A DNA stretch of 64,000 nt from Chiloscyllium plagiosum. Lineage: Eukaryota. The stretch covers positions 970,265-1,034,264 of the forward strand of contig NC_057756.1 of assembly GCF_004010195.1 (NCBI RefSeq), written 5' to 3'. The notes under the pieces were generated by a model that was not told the origin of the DNA, made no database searches, and was given only the letters and a program-made list of their open reading frames with translations. Shown one piece after another: positions 40,470-54,200 of this stretch (within the stretch, counting starts at the first letter, position 1; each line of letters opens with the position of its first letter). The translations under genes were made by a program, and so were the position numbers.

Positions 40470-40900
40470 GGCCTGATGTCTGATTGGATCGTCACTCCTG
40501 TCGGCCCCGCATGCATTTTCCAGCTTTCGCTTCTGATTGGTCAGTGGCCCCATGGAGCACTTTTGACGGACGTTTCATGTCGAAATACGATTGGACCGGG
40601 TTTCAAAAGGGGCTGAGGGACCGCTTTTCGTATTGATCTGACGGAGACCCACGTGGTCCATTGACAGACGGCCTGTTTGCCAATTCGATTAGTTTGCAGT
40701 TTGACAGACGGGCCATCTTTGGATTCTATTGGTCAAGATCTCACGTGAGCCGCTTGAGGGACAGTCCGTTTCACACTGGGCAGTTTGACGGACGTGTTTA
40801 TCCGACTGGTAATTGGTCAGTGTCCCACGTGGTTGAGGGGTTGGACATTTGGTGGTGCTGTCTCGGGGTCCGGTGGCTGGAACTGGGTAGAGTGGCCACG
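40470..40900 (+). promoter_or_regulatory. CpG-rich promoter/5' region of the Myb/SANT gene with CCAAT boxes, E-boxes and TTGAC(A/G)GACG repeats
   Basis: ATTGG at 40483, 40536, 40590, 40728, 40812; CACGTG at 40650, 40742, 40826; TTGACRGACG at 40563, 40661, 40701, 40785. Confidence 0.75.
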
Positions 40901-41131
40901 ATGAGGGAAGGCCGGACCCCCCGTTTCAGTGACGGCGCCGTGGAGGTACTGCTGGAGCGGGTGAGGGCCCACAGGGAGATCCTGTTTCCCTGGGAGGGCA
41001 GGAGTGTGCCCCGGGAGTTGGTGCACCAGGCCTGGATGGACGTCGCTGTGTGTGTGAACGCCAGGAGCGAGGTGCCCAAGACCTGGCTGCAGTGCAGGAA
41101 GAAGTTCAACGGCCTGACCTGGACGGCCAAG
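40901..41131 (+). CDS. Exon 1 of a Harbinger-type Myb/SANT-like DNA-binding protein
   Basis: gccacgATG; RTPRFSDGAVEVLLERV..AWMDVA..VNA..KTWLQCRKKFNGL (Myb_DNA-bind_5-like); donor AAG|GTAAAC, phase 0. Confidence 0.88.
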
Positions 41132-41189
41132 GTAAACAGAAACCCCCGGGTTCTCCTACATGCCGGTGTTATCAAGTATCTCTGTGATT

Positions 41190-41500
41190 CCGGACAGTGC
41201 CAGTTTCCTCTGTGGTACCAAACTACTCTGATTCCCGGTTGTGACGCCTTGTTGTAGGTGTTCCCTGTGGTGTCCCGCTGTGCCAGCTCCTTCTGCACTA
41301 CCAGTCTCCTGTACTGAACCAATATTCTCTCTGGTACCAGTCCTGTCTTGTGCCTTTTTCCTCTGCAGTACCAGTTCCCTGTGCTATATCCCTACTGTAC
41401 CAGTTCCCTCTGTGGTACCAGTCCTGTGTGGTGCCACTCACCTGTGCATTGTGCCAGACCTCAGTGGTGCCCTGCTGTGCCAGTCCCTTTCCCGATGTAT
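41190..41500 (+). repeat. Degenerate minisatellite (gt[a/g]ccagt[t]ccctgt)
   Basis: recurrent accagt/gccagt..cct..g motif at the start of intron 1. Confidence 0.6.
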
Positions 41501-41576
41501 TGGGCTGTCTGCGTGGTCCCCTGTTGTGTCAGTTCACTCCATGTGCTGGTTCCCTATGCCGTGTCCTTACTTTACC

Positions 41577-42765
41577 TTAGAACCATAAAACCACAAAGTG
41601 ATACAGCACAAAAGGGGCCATTTGGTCCCTGTTGTTCATGCCATCCTAGACACTCAAATGCCCATTTTAATCACAACTTGCACGCAGTCTGTAGCCCTGC
41701 AGCTTACAGTATGTATAGTGCAGATCCAGGTACGTTTAAAATGACTTAAGGGGCTCTGCCTCCACCACCTTACGGGGCAGTGAATTCCAGTCACTCACAA
41801 CTCTTTGCATAAAAATGTTTGTCCTCGTGCCCCCTCAAATCATTCTGCCAGTTAGGTTCAATCTCTGATCCCTGGTTTTTGAATTCTGTGCCATGGGAAA
41901 CTGGTTCCTGTAATCTATCTTTACCCCTCTCCATTTTGTATACCTCAGTTATGTAACCTTCTCTGTTGCAAAGAACACAACCCCAACCCCTCCAATTTCT
42001 CCTTAGTCACAGTTCTGACAACATTCTAGTGTATCTTCTCTGCACACACTGCAGAGAAATGTGACTAGAATTGTACATAAACTGCAGTTGTGGTCTCATA
42101 TATCATAAGCATTTCATCGATATTCCCTAATTATGTATTCTATTACTCTGTTCGTGATGGAGATCATTCTGTCTGCCTTTTTTTGAAGCCTTACCTACCT
42201 GTAGAGCCACATTTAGAGACCTGTGCACTTGCACACCAAGATCTCTCACTTTGTCCTCATCTCTTTAAGATATTCCTGCTTTTTGTGCATTCTGTTTTAA
42301 AAGTTTAACGTGGTTAAGTGCATCACCTCATGCTTGTCCAAGTTGCTGCTTTCCTGCGGCAGGTTTTTCTCAAACCTGTCCACATCATTTTTGAGCTTCC
42401 AGCTATCCTCTACCAGTATCCACTATGCAACCAATTTTTGTGTCATCTGCAAATTTCCCAGTTGTGCCCCCACACTCAAGTCCAAGTTGTCATTGTATAA
42501 AACAAATAACCGGGGACCCAACACTAAGACTTGTGGTACAACATTTGAGGCACCTTTCCATTTGGAAAGGAGCCATTGACGATTGTTTGTTTCTTTGTTT
42601 ACCATTTGTTTCCTGTCACTAAACCAACTTTGATCCAATTCAGCATAATGCCTTGTATCCCGTGAACTTTTACTTTTTTGTCCAGTTTTTTCCATTTAGG
42701 ACCTTGTCAAATGCTGCACTGTATATAGAGAACATCCACTGCACCACCCTCATTGATTCTTGTGC
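41577..42765 (-). mobile_element. Old CR1 3' portion
   Basis: VPQVLVLGPRLFVLYND; tail remnant. Confidence 0.75.
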
Positions 42766-42770
42766 TTTCT

Positions 42771-45700
42771 TAGAGTCATAGAGATATAGAGCATGGAAAC
42801 AGCCCCTTCGGTCCAACTCGTCCATGCCGCACAGATGTCTGTACCTAATCTAGTCCCATTTGCCAGCATTTTAAACCATATCCCTCTAAGCCCTTCCTAT
42901 TTAAAAACCCATCCAGATGCCTCTTATATGCTGTAATTGTACCAGTCTCCACCACTTCCTGTCACAGGTCATTCCATACATAAACCACCCGATGTGTAAA
43001 AAAGTTGCCTCTTAGGTCCGTTATATGTCTTTCCCCTCTCACCCTGAAACTATGCCCTCTAGTTCTTGATTCTCCCATCCCAGGGGAAATACCTTGTCTG
43101 TTTATTCTATCCATGCCCTCTTGATTTTATAAACCTCTATCAGGTCACGTCTCAGCCTCCGACGCTCCAGGGAAAACAGCGCCAGCCTATTCAGCCGCTC
43201 CCTATGCTCAAATCATCCAACTCTAGCAACATGCTTGTAAATATTTTCTGAATCCTTTCAGGTTTCACAACATCCTTCCGATAAGAAGGAGAGCAGAATT
43301 GCACGCTATGTTCCAAAAGCGGCCTAACCAACGTCCTGTACAACTGCAACATTACCTCCTAAAACCTATACTCAATGCTCTGACCAATAAAGGAAAGCAT
43401 ACGAAATGCCACCGCCTTCACTATTCTATCTGCCTGCAACTCTACCTCGATGAGCTCTGAGCCTGCACTCCAAGGTCTGTCTTCAGCAGCACTCCCCAGG
43501 ACCTTATCATTAAGTATATAAGTCCTGCTATGATTTGCTTTTCCAAAATTCGGCACCTCAAATTTATCTAAATTAAGCTTCATCTGCCGCTCCTCGGCCC
43601 ATTGGCCCATTTGATCAAGATCCCATTGTAATCTGAGGCAACCTTCTTCGCTGTCCACAACATCTCCAATTTTGGTGTCTTCTGCAAACTTAGTGACTAT
43701 ACTTTATATTCACATCCAAATCCTTTGTATAAATGACAAAAAGCAGTGGACCGAGTACTGATACTTTTGGTATACCTCTGGTCACAGGCCTCCAGTCTGA
43801 AAAACAACCCTCCACTACCTTTGAGCCAGTTTTGTATCCATATTCATAGTTCTCCCTGTATTCCTTGAGATCTTATCTTGCTAACCAGTCTCCCATGCAG
43901 AACCTTTTGAACGCCTTACTGAGATCCATATAGATTACATCTACTGCTTTGCCCTCATCAATCCTATTTGCTACTTCAAAAAACTCAATCAAGTTCATGA
44001 GACATGAACTCTCTCGCACAAAGCCATGCTGACTATCCTTAATCAGTCCTTGCCTTTCCAAATACATGTGAATCCCCCTAACCCTAACCCTATCCCTCCA
44101 GCAACTTGCCCACCACCAATATGAGGCTCGCCGGTCTATAGTTCCTTGGCTTTTCCTTACCAATCTTAAATAGTGGCTCCATGTTTGTCACCCTCCAGGC
44201 TTCCAGCACCTTATCTCTAACTATTGATGATACAAATATCTCAGCAAGAGGTCCAGCAGTCACTTCCCAATCTCCCACAGAGTTCTCGGGTACACCTGAT
44301 CAGGTCCTGAGGATTTATACTTGGAGTGCAAGTTCATAGCTCCTTGAAAGTGGAGTTGCAAGTAGATAGGATAGTGAAGAAAGCGTTTGGTATGCTTTCC
44401 TTTATTGGTCAGAGTATTGAGTACAGGAGTTGGGAGGTCAAGTTGCAGCTTTACAGGACATTGGTTAGGCCACTGTTGGAATATTGCGTTCAGTTCTGGT
44501 CTCCTTCCTATCAGAAAGATGTTGTGAAACTTGAAAGGGTTCAGAAAAGATTTACAAGGATGTTGCCAGGGTTGGAGGATTTGAGCTATAGGGAGAGGTT
44601 GAACAGGCTAGGGCTGTTTTCCCTAGCGTGTCAGAGGCTGAGGAGTGACCTTATAAAATTATGAGGGGTATGGATAGGATAAATAGACAAAGTCTTTTCC
44701 CTGGGGTCGGGGAGTCCAGAACTAGAGGGCATAGGCTGAGGGTTAGAGGGGAAAGATATAAAAGAGACCTAAGGGACAGCGTTTTCACGCAGAGGGTGGT
44801 ACGTGTATGGAATGAGCTGCCAGAGGAAGTGGTGGAGGCTGGTATAGTTGCAACATTTAAGAGGCATTTGGATGGGTATATGAATAGGAAGGGTTTGGAG
44901 GGATACGGGCCGGGTGCTGGCAGGTGGGACTAGATTTGGTTGGGATATCTGGTCGACATGGACAGGTTGAACTAAAGGGTCTGTTCCATGCTGTACATCT
45001 CTATGACTCTGTAATATGGACATTTTTCAAGATGTCACCATCTATTTATCCACATTTTATCCCTTCCATGTCTTTCTGCACAGCAAATACTGATGCAAAA
45101 TACTTGTTTAGTATCTCCCCCATCTCCTGCGGCTTTATACATAGGCTGCTTTGCTGATCTTTGAGGGGCCCTATTCTCTCCCTTTTGTCTTCATGTGGTT
45201 TCGCATTAACCCTATTTGCCAAAGCTATCTCATCTTCCCTTTTTGCTCTCCTGATTTCTTCCTTAAGTATACTCCTACTGCCTTTATACTGTTCTAAGGA
45301 TTCACTCAATCTCTTGTCTATTCCTATCATGTGCTTCCTTCTTTTTCTGAACTGAAACCTCAATTTCTCTAGTCATGCAGCATTCCTACATCTATCAGCC
45401 TTTCCTTTCACCCTAACAGGAATACGCTGTCTGTGTATTCTCATTATCTCACTTTTGAAGACTTCCCATTTTCCAGTTGTCCCTTTACCTGCGAACATCT
45501 GCCCCGAAACAGCTTTTAAAAAATCTTGCCTAATACCATCAAAATTATCCAGCCTTCAATTTAGAACGTCAGCTTTTTGATCCAGTCTATAATTTTCCAT
45601 CAATATTTTAAAGCTAATGGTCACAAAAGCATTCTAGTCGCTGGCCCCAAAGTGCTCGCCCACTGACACCCCAGTCACCTGCCCTGCCTCATTTCCCAAG

Positions 45701-46055
45701 ACTCAGTCACATTTTGCACCTTCTCTGGTTGGTACATCCACATTCTGAATCAGAAAATGTTCTTGCACACACAACAAATTCCTCAATCTAAACCCTTAAT
45801 ACTAAGGCAGTCACAGTCTATATTTGGAAAGTTAAAATCCCCTAATATAACCACCCTATTGTTCTTACAGATATCTAAAATCTCCTTATAAATTTCTTTC
45901 TCAATTTCCTGCTGACTTTTAGGGGGGCTATAATACAATCCCAATAAGGTGATCATCCCTTTCTTATTTCTCAGTTCCCCCCCAAATAACGTCCCTGTAT
46001 GTATTCCCAGAATTATCCTCCCAAAGTACAACATTGTCCCTTATCAAAAACGTTA
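42771..46055 (-). mobile_element. CR1 LINE interrupted by an opposite-strand CR1
   Basis: EN (GLYYSPP, GDFNFP) near 45800-46030, RT 43300-44300, tail at 42771. Confidence 0.9.
44321..45010 (+). mobile_element. Young 5'-truncated CR1
   Basis: LYRTLVRPLLEYCVQFWSP..; tail ctgtacatctctatgactct. Confidence 0.92.
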
Positions 46056-46144
46056 TCATTTATATTTTTAAAATTTAGTTAGGAGACAGATCTTATGGTT
46101 ATTTGGGAGTGCAAGCTTTCGGAGCGCTGCTCCTTTGTCAGGTA

Positions 46145-47330
46145 ACGTTGAATGTTTTGAGGTGATTGAAGGTAGAGCAGTGGATATTGTCTACATGGAT
46201 TTTTGTAAGGCTTTTGACAAGGTCCCTTATGGAATGCTCATCCAGAAGATTAAGATGCATGGGATACATGATGATGTGGCTGTTTTTATTCAGAATTGGT
46301 TTGCCCATAGAAGGCAGAGGGTAGTGGTGGAAGGGTGTTTTTCTGGCTGGAGGACTGTGACTTGTGGTATTCTGCTGGGATCCATTGCTAGGACCTCTGG
46401 TGTTGGTGATTTATATAAATGATTTGGATGAAACTGTAGATGGCTGGATGAGTAAGTTTGCAGACAACACAAAGATTGGTAGAGTTGTGAATAATGCCAA
46501 ACATTGTCAGGGGGTACAGCAGGAGATAGAGCAGTTGCAGATATGGGTGGGGAAATGGTAGATGGAGTTTACTTCAGCAAATTGTGAAGTGCTGCACTTT
46601 GTGCGATCAAATGTTAAGGAAATGTATACATTTAATAGCAGGACCTTAAACCACATTGATGTACAGAGGGATCTGGGCTTCAAGTCTGTAGTTCCCTGAA
46701 AGTGATCACACGAGTAGACAGGGTCGTGAAGAAAGCATATGGCATGCCTACCTTTATTGGTTGGGGAATTGAATACAGGAGTCAGTATTTCATATTGCAA
46801 TTTTATAAGACTTTGATTAGGCCACACTTAGAGTATTGTGTTCAATTCTAGTTGCTACATTGCAGGAAAGATATGGAGGCCTTTGAGACAATGCTGAAAG
46901 TGTTAATGAGGATGCTGCCTGGATTTGAGGTTATGAGCTATAAGGAGAGGCTGGAAGAACTTGGCCTGTTTTCTCTGGAGTGGCAGAGACTGTGGGGAGA
47001 CTTGATAGAAGTCTATAAATTTCTGAGATATGCAGATAGGATTGATGGTCAGAATCATTTTTTCCAGAATTGAAATGTCTCGTACTCGGAGGCATGCATT
47101 TAAGATGATAGCGGGAAAGTTCAAAGGAGATGTGAGAGGCAAGTTTTTCTCAGAGTGATAGGAGTCTGGAGTGTGCTGCGGTGGTGAGACAGATAATCTG
47201 GGTGTTAAAGCGACTTTTAGCTAAGCACGTGAATATGGAAAAAGTAGCGGGATCTGAACCAAGGGCAGGTAAAAGAGATTGTTTAATTTGGCATCATGTT
47301 CGACACATCTTGTGCTGTACTGTTCTATGT
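46145..47330 (+). mobile_element. CR1 3' portion
   Basis: AVDIVYMDFCKAFDKVP, SKFADNTK. Confidence 0.9.
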
Positions 47331-47701
47331 ACTTGATCCCTATACTTTCTATTTTCCTCCAGGCTATCTGCAATATTGAGTTTTTTTGTGACTATCATAG
47401 CTTTATTTTTGTGTTTAATCCTCCTCAGTAGTTTTGTAGACAAGCATGGATGTGTAGATTTGGTGATGTCATTCTTATATTTGAAGGTCACGTTTCTACT
47501 TGTAACCAAAGTATCTCACTTTTTGGAGCCCCCCACTAATTTACCACTGATTTATCCTTCAGCGCTCCTGTTCCTCAACCCAAATCTCAGCAGTTTTGTA
47601 AAAGTTGCTTCCTTTTGTTCAAAATCTTTTTCAACTGATTTATTTCTGTCCTTTTCCATAATAATATTAAATCTAACTGAATTGTGGTTATTATCCCCAG
47701 T

Positions 47702-49913
47702 ATAGAGCCATAGAGATGTACAGAATGGAAACAGACCCTTTGGTCTAACTCGCCCATGCTGACCAGATACCCTCAGTGATTCTAGACCCATTTGTCAGCA
47801 TTTGGCCCATATCCTTCCAAACGCTTCCTTTTTACATTCCCATCCAGATGCCTTTTAAATGTTGTAATTGTACCAGCCCCCACCACTTCCTCTGGCATTT
47901 CATTCCTTACACGCACTACTCTCTGCACGAAAAGGTTGCCCCTTAGGTCACCAATAAATCTTTCCCCTCTCACCTTAAACCTATGCCCTCTAAGTTTGGA
48001 CTCCCCTACCCTGTGAGAAAGACCGTGACTGTTCACCTTATCTATACCCCTCAGGTTACTCTTCAGCTTCTGATGCTTCAGAGAAAATAGCCCCAGGCTA
48101 TTCAGCTTCTTGCTATAGCTCAAACCCTCTAACCCTGGCAATATCTTTGTAAATATTTGCTGAAGCTTTTTAAGTTGGACAACATCTTTCCGATAACAGT
48201 GAGACCAGAATTGAATGTAGTATTTCAATAGTGGCCTAACCAATGTCCTGTACAGCCACAACATGACCTCCCAACTTCTTTACTCAATGCACTGACAAAT
48301 AAAGGAACGCATTCCAAAAACCACCTTCACTATCCTACCTACCTGCGACTCCACTTTCAAAGAACTATGAACCTGCACTCCAAGATACCTTTGTTTGGCA
48401 ACTCTCCCCAGGACCTTAACATTAAGTGTATAAGTCCTCCCCTGATTTAGCATTCCAAAATGTACCACCTCACATTTATCTGGATTAAGCTCCATATGCC
48501 GCTCCTTGGCCTATTGAGCCATCAGATTAATGTTCAACTGTACTGTGAGGTAATCTTCTTTGCTGTCCGTTGCACCACCAATTTTGGGGTTATCTGCAAA
48601 TTTACTAACCATACCTCCAAATTTGCATCAAAATCATTGATATAAATTACAAAAAGCAGTGGATGGAACATTGATTGCTGTGGCACACCGCTGGTGACAG
48701 GCCTCCAGTCCGAAAAGCGACCATCCTCACCCATCCACTGTTTCCAACCTTGCCATCAATCTTGTATCCATTGGCTAGTTCTGCCTGTATTCTGTGTGAT
48801 CTAATGTTGCTAGCCAGTCTACTATGCGGAACCTTATTGAATGCCTTACTGAAGCCCATGTAGGTAATGTCCACCGCCCTGCCCTCATCAATCCCTCTTC
48901 GCCACTTCTTCAAATAAAAACAATCAGGTTAATGAGACAAGATTTCTCATGCACAAAACCATGCTGACTATCCCTAGTCAGTCTTTGCCTTTCCAAATAC
49001 ATGTAAATCCTGTCCCTCAGAATCCCTCCAACCATGTGCCTACCACTGATGTCAGGCTCACTGGTTTATAGTTCCATGGCTTTTCTTTACCACTTTACTT
49101 AAATAGTGGCGCCAAGTTAGCCAACCTCAAGTCTTCTGGAACCTCACCCGTGGCTATTACTGATAAAAAATATCTCAGCGAAAGGGCCAAGCAATCTCTT
49201 CACTGGTTTCCCGCAAACTGCTAGGATACACCTGTTCTGAGGATTTATCCATCTTTATGGGTTTTAAATCATTTTGCAATACTTCTTCTGTAATATTGAC
49301 ACTTCTCAAGATAACACTATTTATTTCCCCAAGTTCAGTAGCTTCCGTCTCCTGTTTCACAGTAAACACTGATGCAAAATACTTGTTTAGTGTCTCCCCC
49401 AGCTCCTGTGGTTCCCCACGTTGGCATCCTTAAGGGGCCATATTCCCCCTCAGCTATTCCTTTGTCCTCAGTGTATTGTAGAAACTGTTTGGATTCCCCT
49501 TTACTCTGTTTTTCAAAGCTATGTCATGTCTCTTTTTTTTATGTCCTCCTGATCCTCCTGTTAAGCACACTTCCATGATACTTATAGTCCTTGGGCTTCA
49601 AAGGATCCTTACTGCCTATACCCGACATATTCTTCCTTTTTCTTGACCAGAACCTCAATTTCTCCAGCCATCCAGTATTTCCGACATCTACCAGTGTTGC
49701 CTTTCACCATAATGGAGCCATATCCACCAATTTATGAAGGCAAAGTTTGACAGTATTTGGCAAGATCTTTCAAAAGTTTGATGTCGATATTTGCCGTTAA
49801 GGAGATGGCTAGAAAATGTGAAGCCTTCAAAAACGAGGTACTGAGTGTCCAGGGACAGTATGTCCCAATTAAGATGATGGGCAACGCTGGTAGATGGAGA
49901 GAATGCTGGATGA
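47702..49913 (-). mobile_element. CR1 with inverted 5' segment (49729-49913)
   Basis: RT/3' ORF fragments on the minus strand; adjoining ORF2 segment on the plus strand. Confidence 0.85.
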
Positions 49914-49949
49914 TTGGAGAAATGGTCCCTCACTGTCACTTTACCCACT

Positions 49950-51230
49950 CACTCCTCATCTTTTTCTAAAACTAAATCTGGAATTGCTTATCCTCTCATT
50001 GTACTTGTTGTTTAAAATAAAATTCCTGTGCACATTTCATCAATTTTTCACCCAGTTGATGTTAGGATAGTTAAAGTCTCAGACTATTATTGTCCTCATA
50101 TTTTGATAGGTGCAAATTTGCTGACATACATGTTCGCCTATGTCCTTCTCACTATTTGAGGATTTGTAGTGTATTCTGAGCAGTGTAACTGCCCTTATTT
50201 TTATTCCTAAACTCAATCCATAAAGCCTCATTTGTTTACCTGTTTAATATATTATCATGTCTTGCAAGCATAATTGATTCCAATACTGCTGCTCTCCACC
50301 CTGCGCCACCCTTTTTTGTCAGCCACTCTCTCCTGTCTAAAAGCAATACATCCAGGTTTATTGAGCTGCCACTTCTAAGCCTTTACTTTGGTTCTGATCC
50401 CCCTGCCCATAATAGTTTAAAATCTTCCCAACAGAACTGGCAAAAGTCCTTGAGGTTATTTGTCCAGCTCTGTCCAGGTGCAATTAGACTTATAGGTCGC
50501 ACCTTCCCCAGAAATGGTCCCAATGTCTGAAGAATCTAAACCCCTCCCTGGTACACCATTTCTGAGGCCATGCAATCATCTGATCTGTCCTCTTATTCCT
50601 GGTTTTGCTGGCCCTTGGTGCTGGGAGTAATTTTAGGTGCTGCATTTTAATTTATTTCCTAACTTCCTATATTCAGCTTTCAGGCCCTCATCTCTGGTTT
50701 GTCTATGTCTTTCGTATCACAACCACTAGCTGTTCACCATCCTGCTCCTGCAACCACTCTGTGACATCTCTGATCCTGGCATCAAGGAGGCAACATACCA
50801 CTCTGGATTAACATTTGCGACAACGGAAGTGCTCCTTATTATCGAGTCACTGATCACTACAGCCCTACTGATAGTTTTCCTCCCCTGTGGTGCCATGAAC
50901 TTGACTGATGCTGCTTTCCACTGAGAGGCCATTTCTCCCAACATTATCTGAAATGGTATATCTGCTTCAGGGCAGAATGACAACAAAGAACTCCTGTAGT
51001 TCCTTCCTGAAGCTTTTCCTTTATCTGATAGCCGCCTGTTCCTTTTCTGCCCGTGTAATCCTTGCCTGCGATGTGATTGTGTTGCTAAACGTGCTCTAAA
51101 CGATTATTCTCAGCATTGCGGATGCTCCACAGTGAGTCCACTCACAGCTTCAGCTTCAAAAAGTGCCAGTAGCTGCGTCTGGTCTCTGGAAACACCATGT
51201 CTAAGGTCTCCTGTCATGACTTCTCTCCAG
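49950..51230 (-). mobile_element. Old CR1 5' region (ORF1 esterase and EN remnants)
   Basis: RAVVISDSIIR (GDS-like motif), decayed EN. Confidence 0.7.
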
Positions 51231-51236
51231 ATTAAG

Positions 51237-54200
51237 TTAGTTCGAGACATCCAGCACTTCCTCCTCTGTAATTTGGACATTTTGCAAGGAGTCACCATCT
51301 ATTTCCCCACAGTCTATATCTTCCATATTCTTTTCCACAGTAAATACTGATGCAAAATACTCCCCCATTTTCTGTGGCTCCACACAAAGGCCGCCTTGCT
51401 GATCTTTGAGGGGCCCTATTTTCTCCCTGGTTACCCTTTTGTCCTTAACGTGTTTGTAAAAACCTTTTGGATTCTCCTTAATTCTATTTGCCAAAGCTAT
51501 CTCATGTCCCCTTTTTGCCCTCCTGATTTCCCTCTTAAGTATACTCCTACTGCCTTTATACTCTTCTAAGGATTCACTCGATCTATCCTGTCTGTACCTT
51601 AAATATACTTCCTTCTTTTTCTTAACCAAACCCTAAATTTCTTTATCCTCCAGCATTCCCTATACCTACCAGCCTTTCCTTTCACCCTTACAGGAATGTA
51701 CTTTCTCTGAATTCTCGTTATCTCATTTCTGAAGGCTTCCCATTTTCTAGCCGTACCTTTACCTGTGAACATCTGCCCCCAATCAGCTTTTGGAAGTTCT
51801 TGCCTAATACTGTCAAAATTAGCCTTTATCCAATTTAGAACTTCTACTTTTAGATCTGGTCTATCCTTTTCCATCACTATTTTAAATCTAATGGAATTAT
51901 GGTCGCTGGCCTCAAAGCGCTCCCCCACTGACACCTCAGTCACCTGCCCTACCTTATTTCCCAAGAGTAGGTCAAGTTTTGCACTTTCTCACATAGATAC
52001 ATCCACATACTGAATCAGAAAATTTTCTTTGTACACACTTGACAAATTCCTCTTCATCTAAACGCTTAACACTATGGCATCCCCAGTCTATGTTTGGAAA
52101 GTTAAAATCCCCTCCCATAATCACCCTATTATTCGTACAGATAGTTGAGATCTCCTTACAAATTTGTTTCTCAATTTCCCTCTGACTATTAGGAGGTCTA
52201 TAATACAATCCCAATAAGATGATCATCCTTTTCTTATTTCTCAGTTCCACCCAAATAACTACTCTGGATATATTTCCAGGAATATCCTTCCTCAGCACAG
52301 CTGTAATGCTATCCCTAATCAAAAACGCCACTCCCCCTCCTCTCTTGCCTCCCTTTCTCTCGTTCCTGTAGCATTTGTTTCCTGGAACACTAAGCTGCCA
52401 GTCCTGCCCATCTCTGAGCCATGTTTTTATAATTGCTATGATATCCCAGTCCCATGTTCCTAACCATGCCCTGAGTTCATCTGCCTTCCCTGTTAGGCCC
52501 CTTGCATTGAAATAAATGCAATTTAATGTATTAGTCCTACCTTGTCCCTGCCTGCCCTGACTACTTGACTCGATTCTGTTCTCAACTGTATCAGTCTCAG
52601 ATTGACCTCTTTCCTCACTATCTCCTTGGGTCCCACCCCCCACCCTTACTAGTTTAAATCCTCCTGAGCAGCTCCAGCAAATTTCCCTGCCAGTATATTA
52701 GTTTCCTTCCAATTTAGGTGCAATATGTCCTTCTTGTACAGGTCACTTCTACCCCAAAAGAGATTCCAATGATCCAAAAATGTGAGAGCTTCTCCCATAC
52801 ACCAGCTCCTCAGTCATACATTCATCTGCTTTATCCTCCTATTCCTGCCCTCACTAGCTCGTAGCGCCCGGAGTAATCCAGATATTACTACTCGTGAAGA
52901 CCTGCTTTTTAAATTTCTGCCTAACTGTCTGTAATCTCCCTTCAGACTCTCAACCTTTTCCCTTCCTATGTCATTGATTCCAATGTGGACAATGACCTCT
53001 TGCTGGCCTTCTCCCCCGTGAGAACATTCTGCACCCTCTTTGAGACTTCCTTGATCCTGGCACCAGGGAAGCAACACACCATTCTGATTTTTCACTACTG
53101 CCCACAGAGACGGCTCTCTATACCTCAGACTGGAGAATCCCCCAACACAATTGATCTCTTGGAACCCGATGTACCCCTTGTGTTAGAGCCAGTCTCAATA
53201 CCAGAAACTTGGCTGTTCGTGCTACGCTTCCCGGAGAATCCATCCTCCCCCTACATTTTCCAAAACAGCATACATTTTTGGAATGGGTATAGCCACAAAA
53301 GACTCCTCCACTAGCTGCCTACCTCTCTTAGCTTTCCTGGAGTTAACCCATCTATGTGACTGTATCTGAGACTTTCCCCCCTTCCTATAACTGCCATGCA
53401 TCACATACTATTTTTGTTGCAAATTCCTCATTGCTTCTAATTGTCTCTCCAACTGATCCATTTGATCTGATAAGATTCGCAATCAACAGCATTTATGGCA
53501 GATATAATCCGCTGTAATCCTTAAACTCTCTTTAAACTCCCACATCTGACAAGAAGCATATATCGCTCTACTAAAGGCCATTTTTGCTTCATCACCATTG
53601 ACAGACCCCGAAAATAACACTGACTTATTCCTCTACAAACACTGCCCCAGGTTAAATTAATAGTTATGGCTTATATTTTAAGTTTAATCAAGAGACATCT
53701 CTCCAAAAACACATTATCAAGAAAGAACCCACTCTACTAACTACTGCAGACTTTCTGTAGATCACGCTTAAAACAACAAAACACTTATCTGCTTCTGTGC
53801 TGTGAACTTCACCCAATAGTTCCTCCAAGATCAGTCGTGAATTACACTGTTTGTTAATTTTCCCAGACACACTCTGATGTCCCCAGTACCTGATCAGGTA
53901 TACCCTATAACTCTGTGCGAAGCTAGAGAAGTGATTGCTGGGCCTCTTGCTGAAATATATGTATCATCGATAGTCAAAGGTGAGGTGCCGGAAGACTGGA
54001 GGTTGGCTAATGTAGTGCCACTGTTTAAGAAGGGTAGTAAGGACAAGCCAGGGAACTATAGACCATTGAGCCTGACGTCGGTGGTGGGCAAGTTGTTGGA
54101 GGGAATCTTGAGGGACAGGATGTACATGTATTTGGATAGGCAAGGACTGATTAGGGATAGTCAAAATGGCTTTGTGCATGGGAAATCATGTCTCACAAAC

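Noticed and set aside
40563..40832. CRISPR-like repeat/spacer appearance
   Set aside because: Repeats are only 10 bp and irregularly spaced, the context is eukaryotic and there are no cas genes.
40661..40900. N-terminal extension of the 198-aa ORF in the ORF track
   Set aside because: Starts at TTG inside promoter motifs; domain similarity begins at ATG 40901 and ends at the splice donor.
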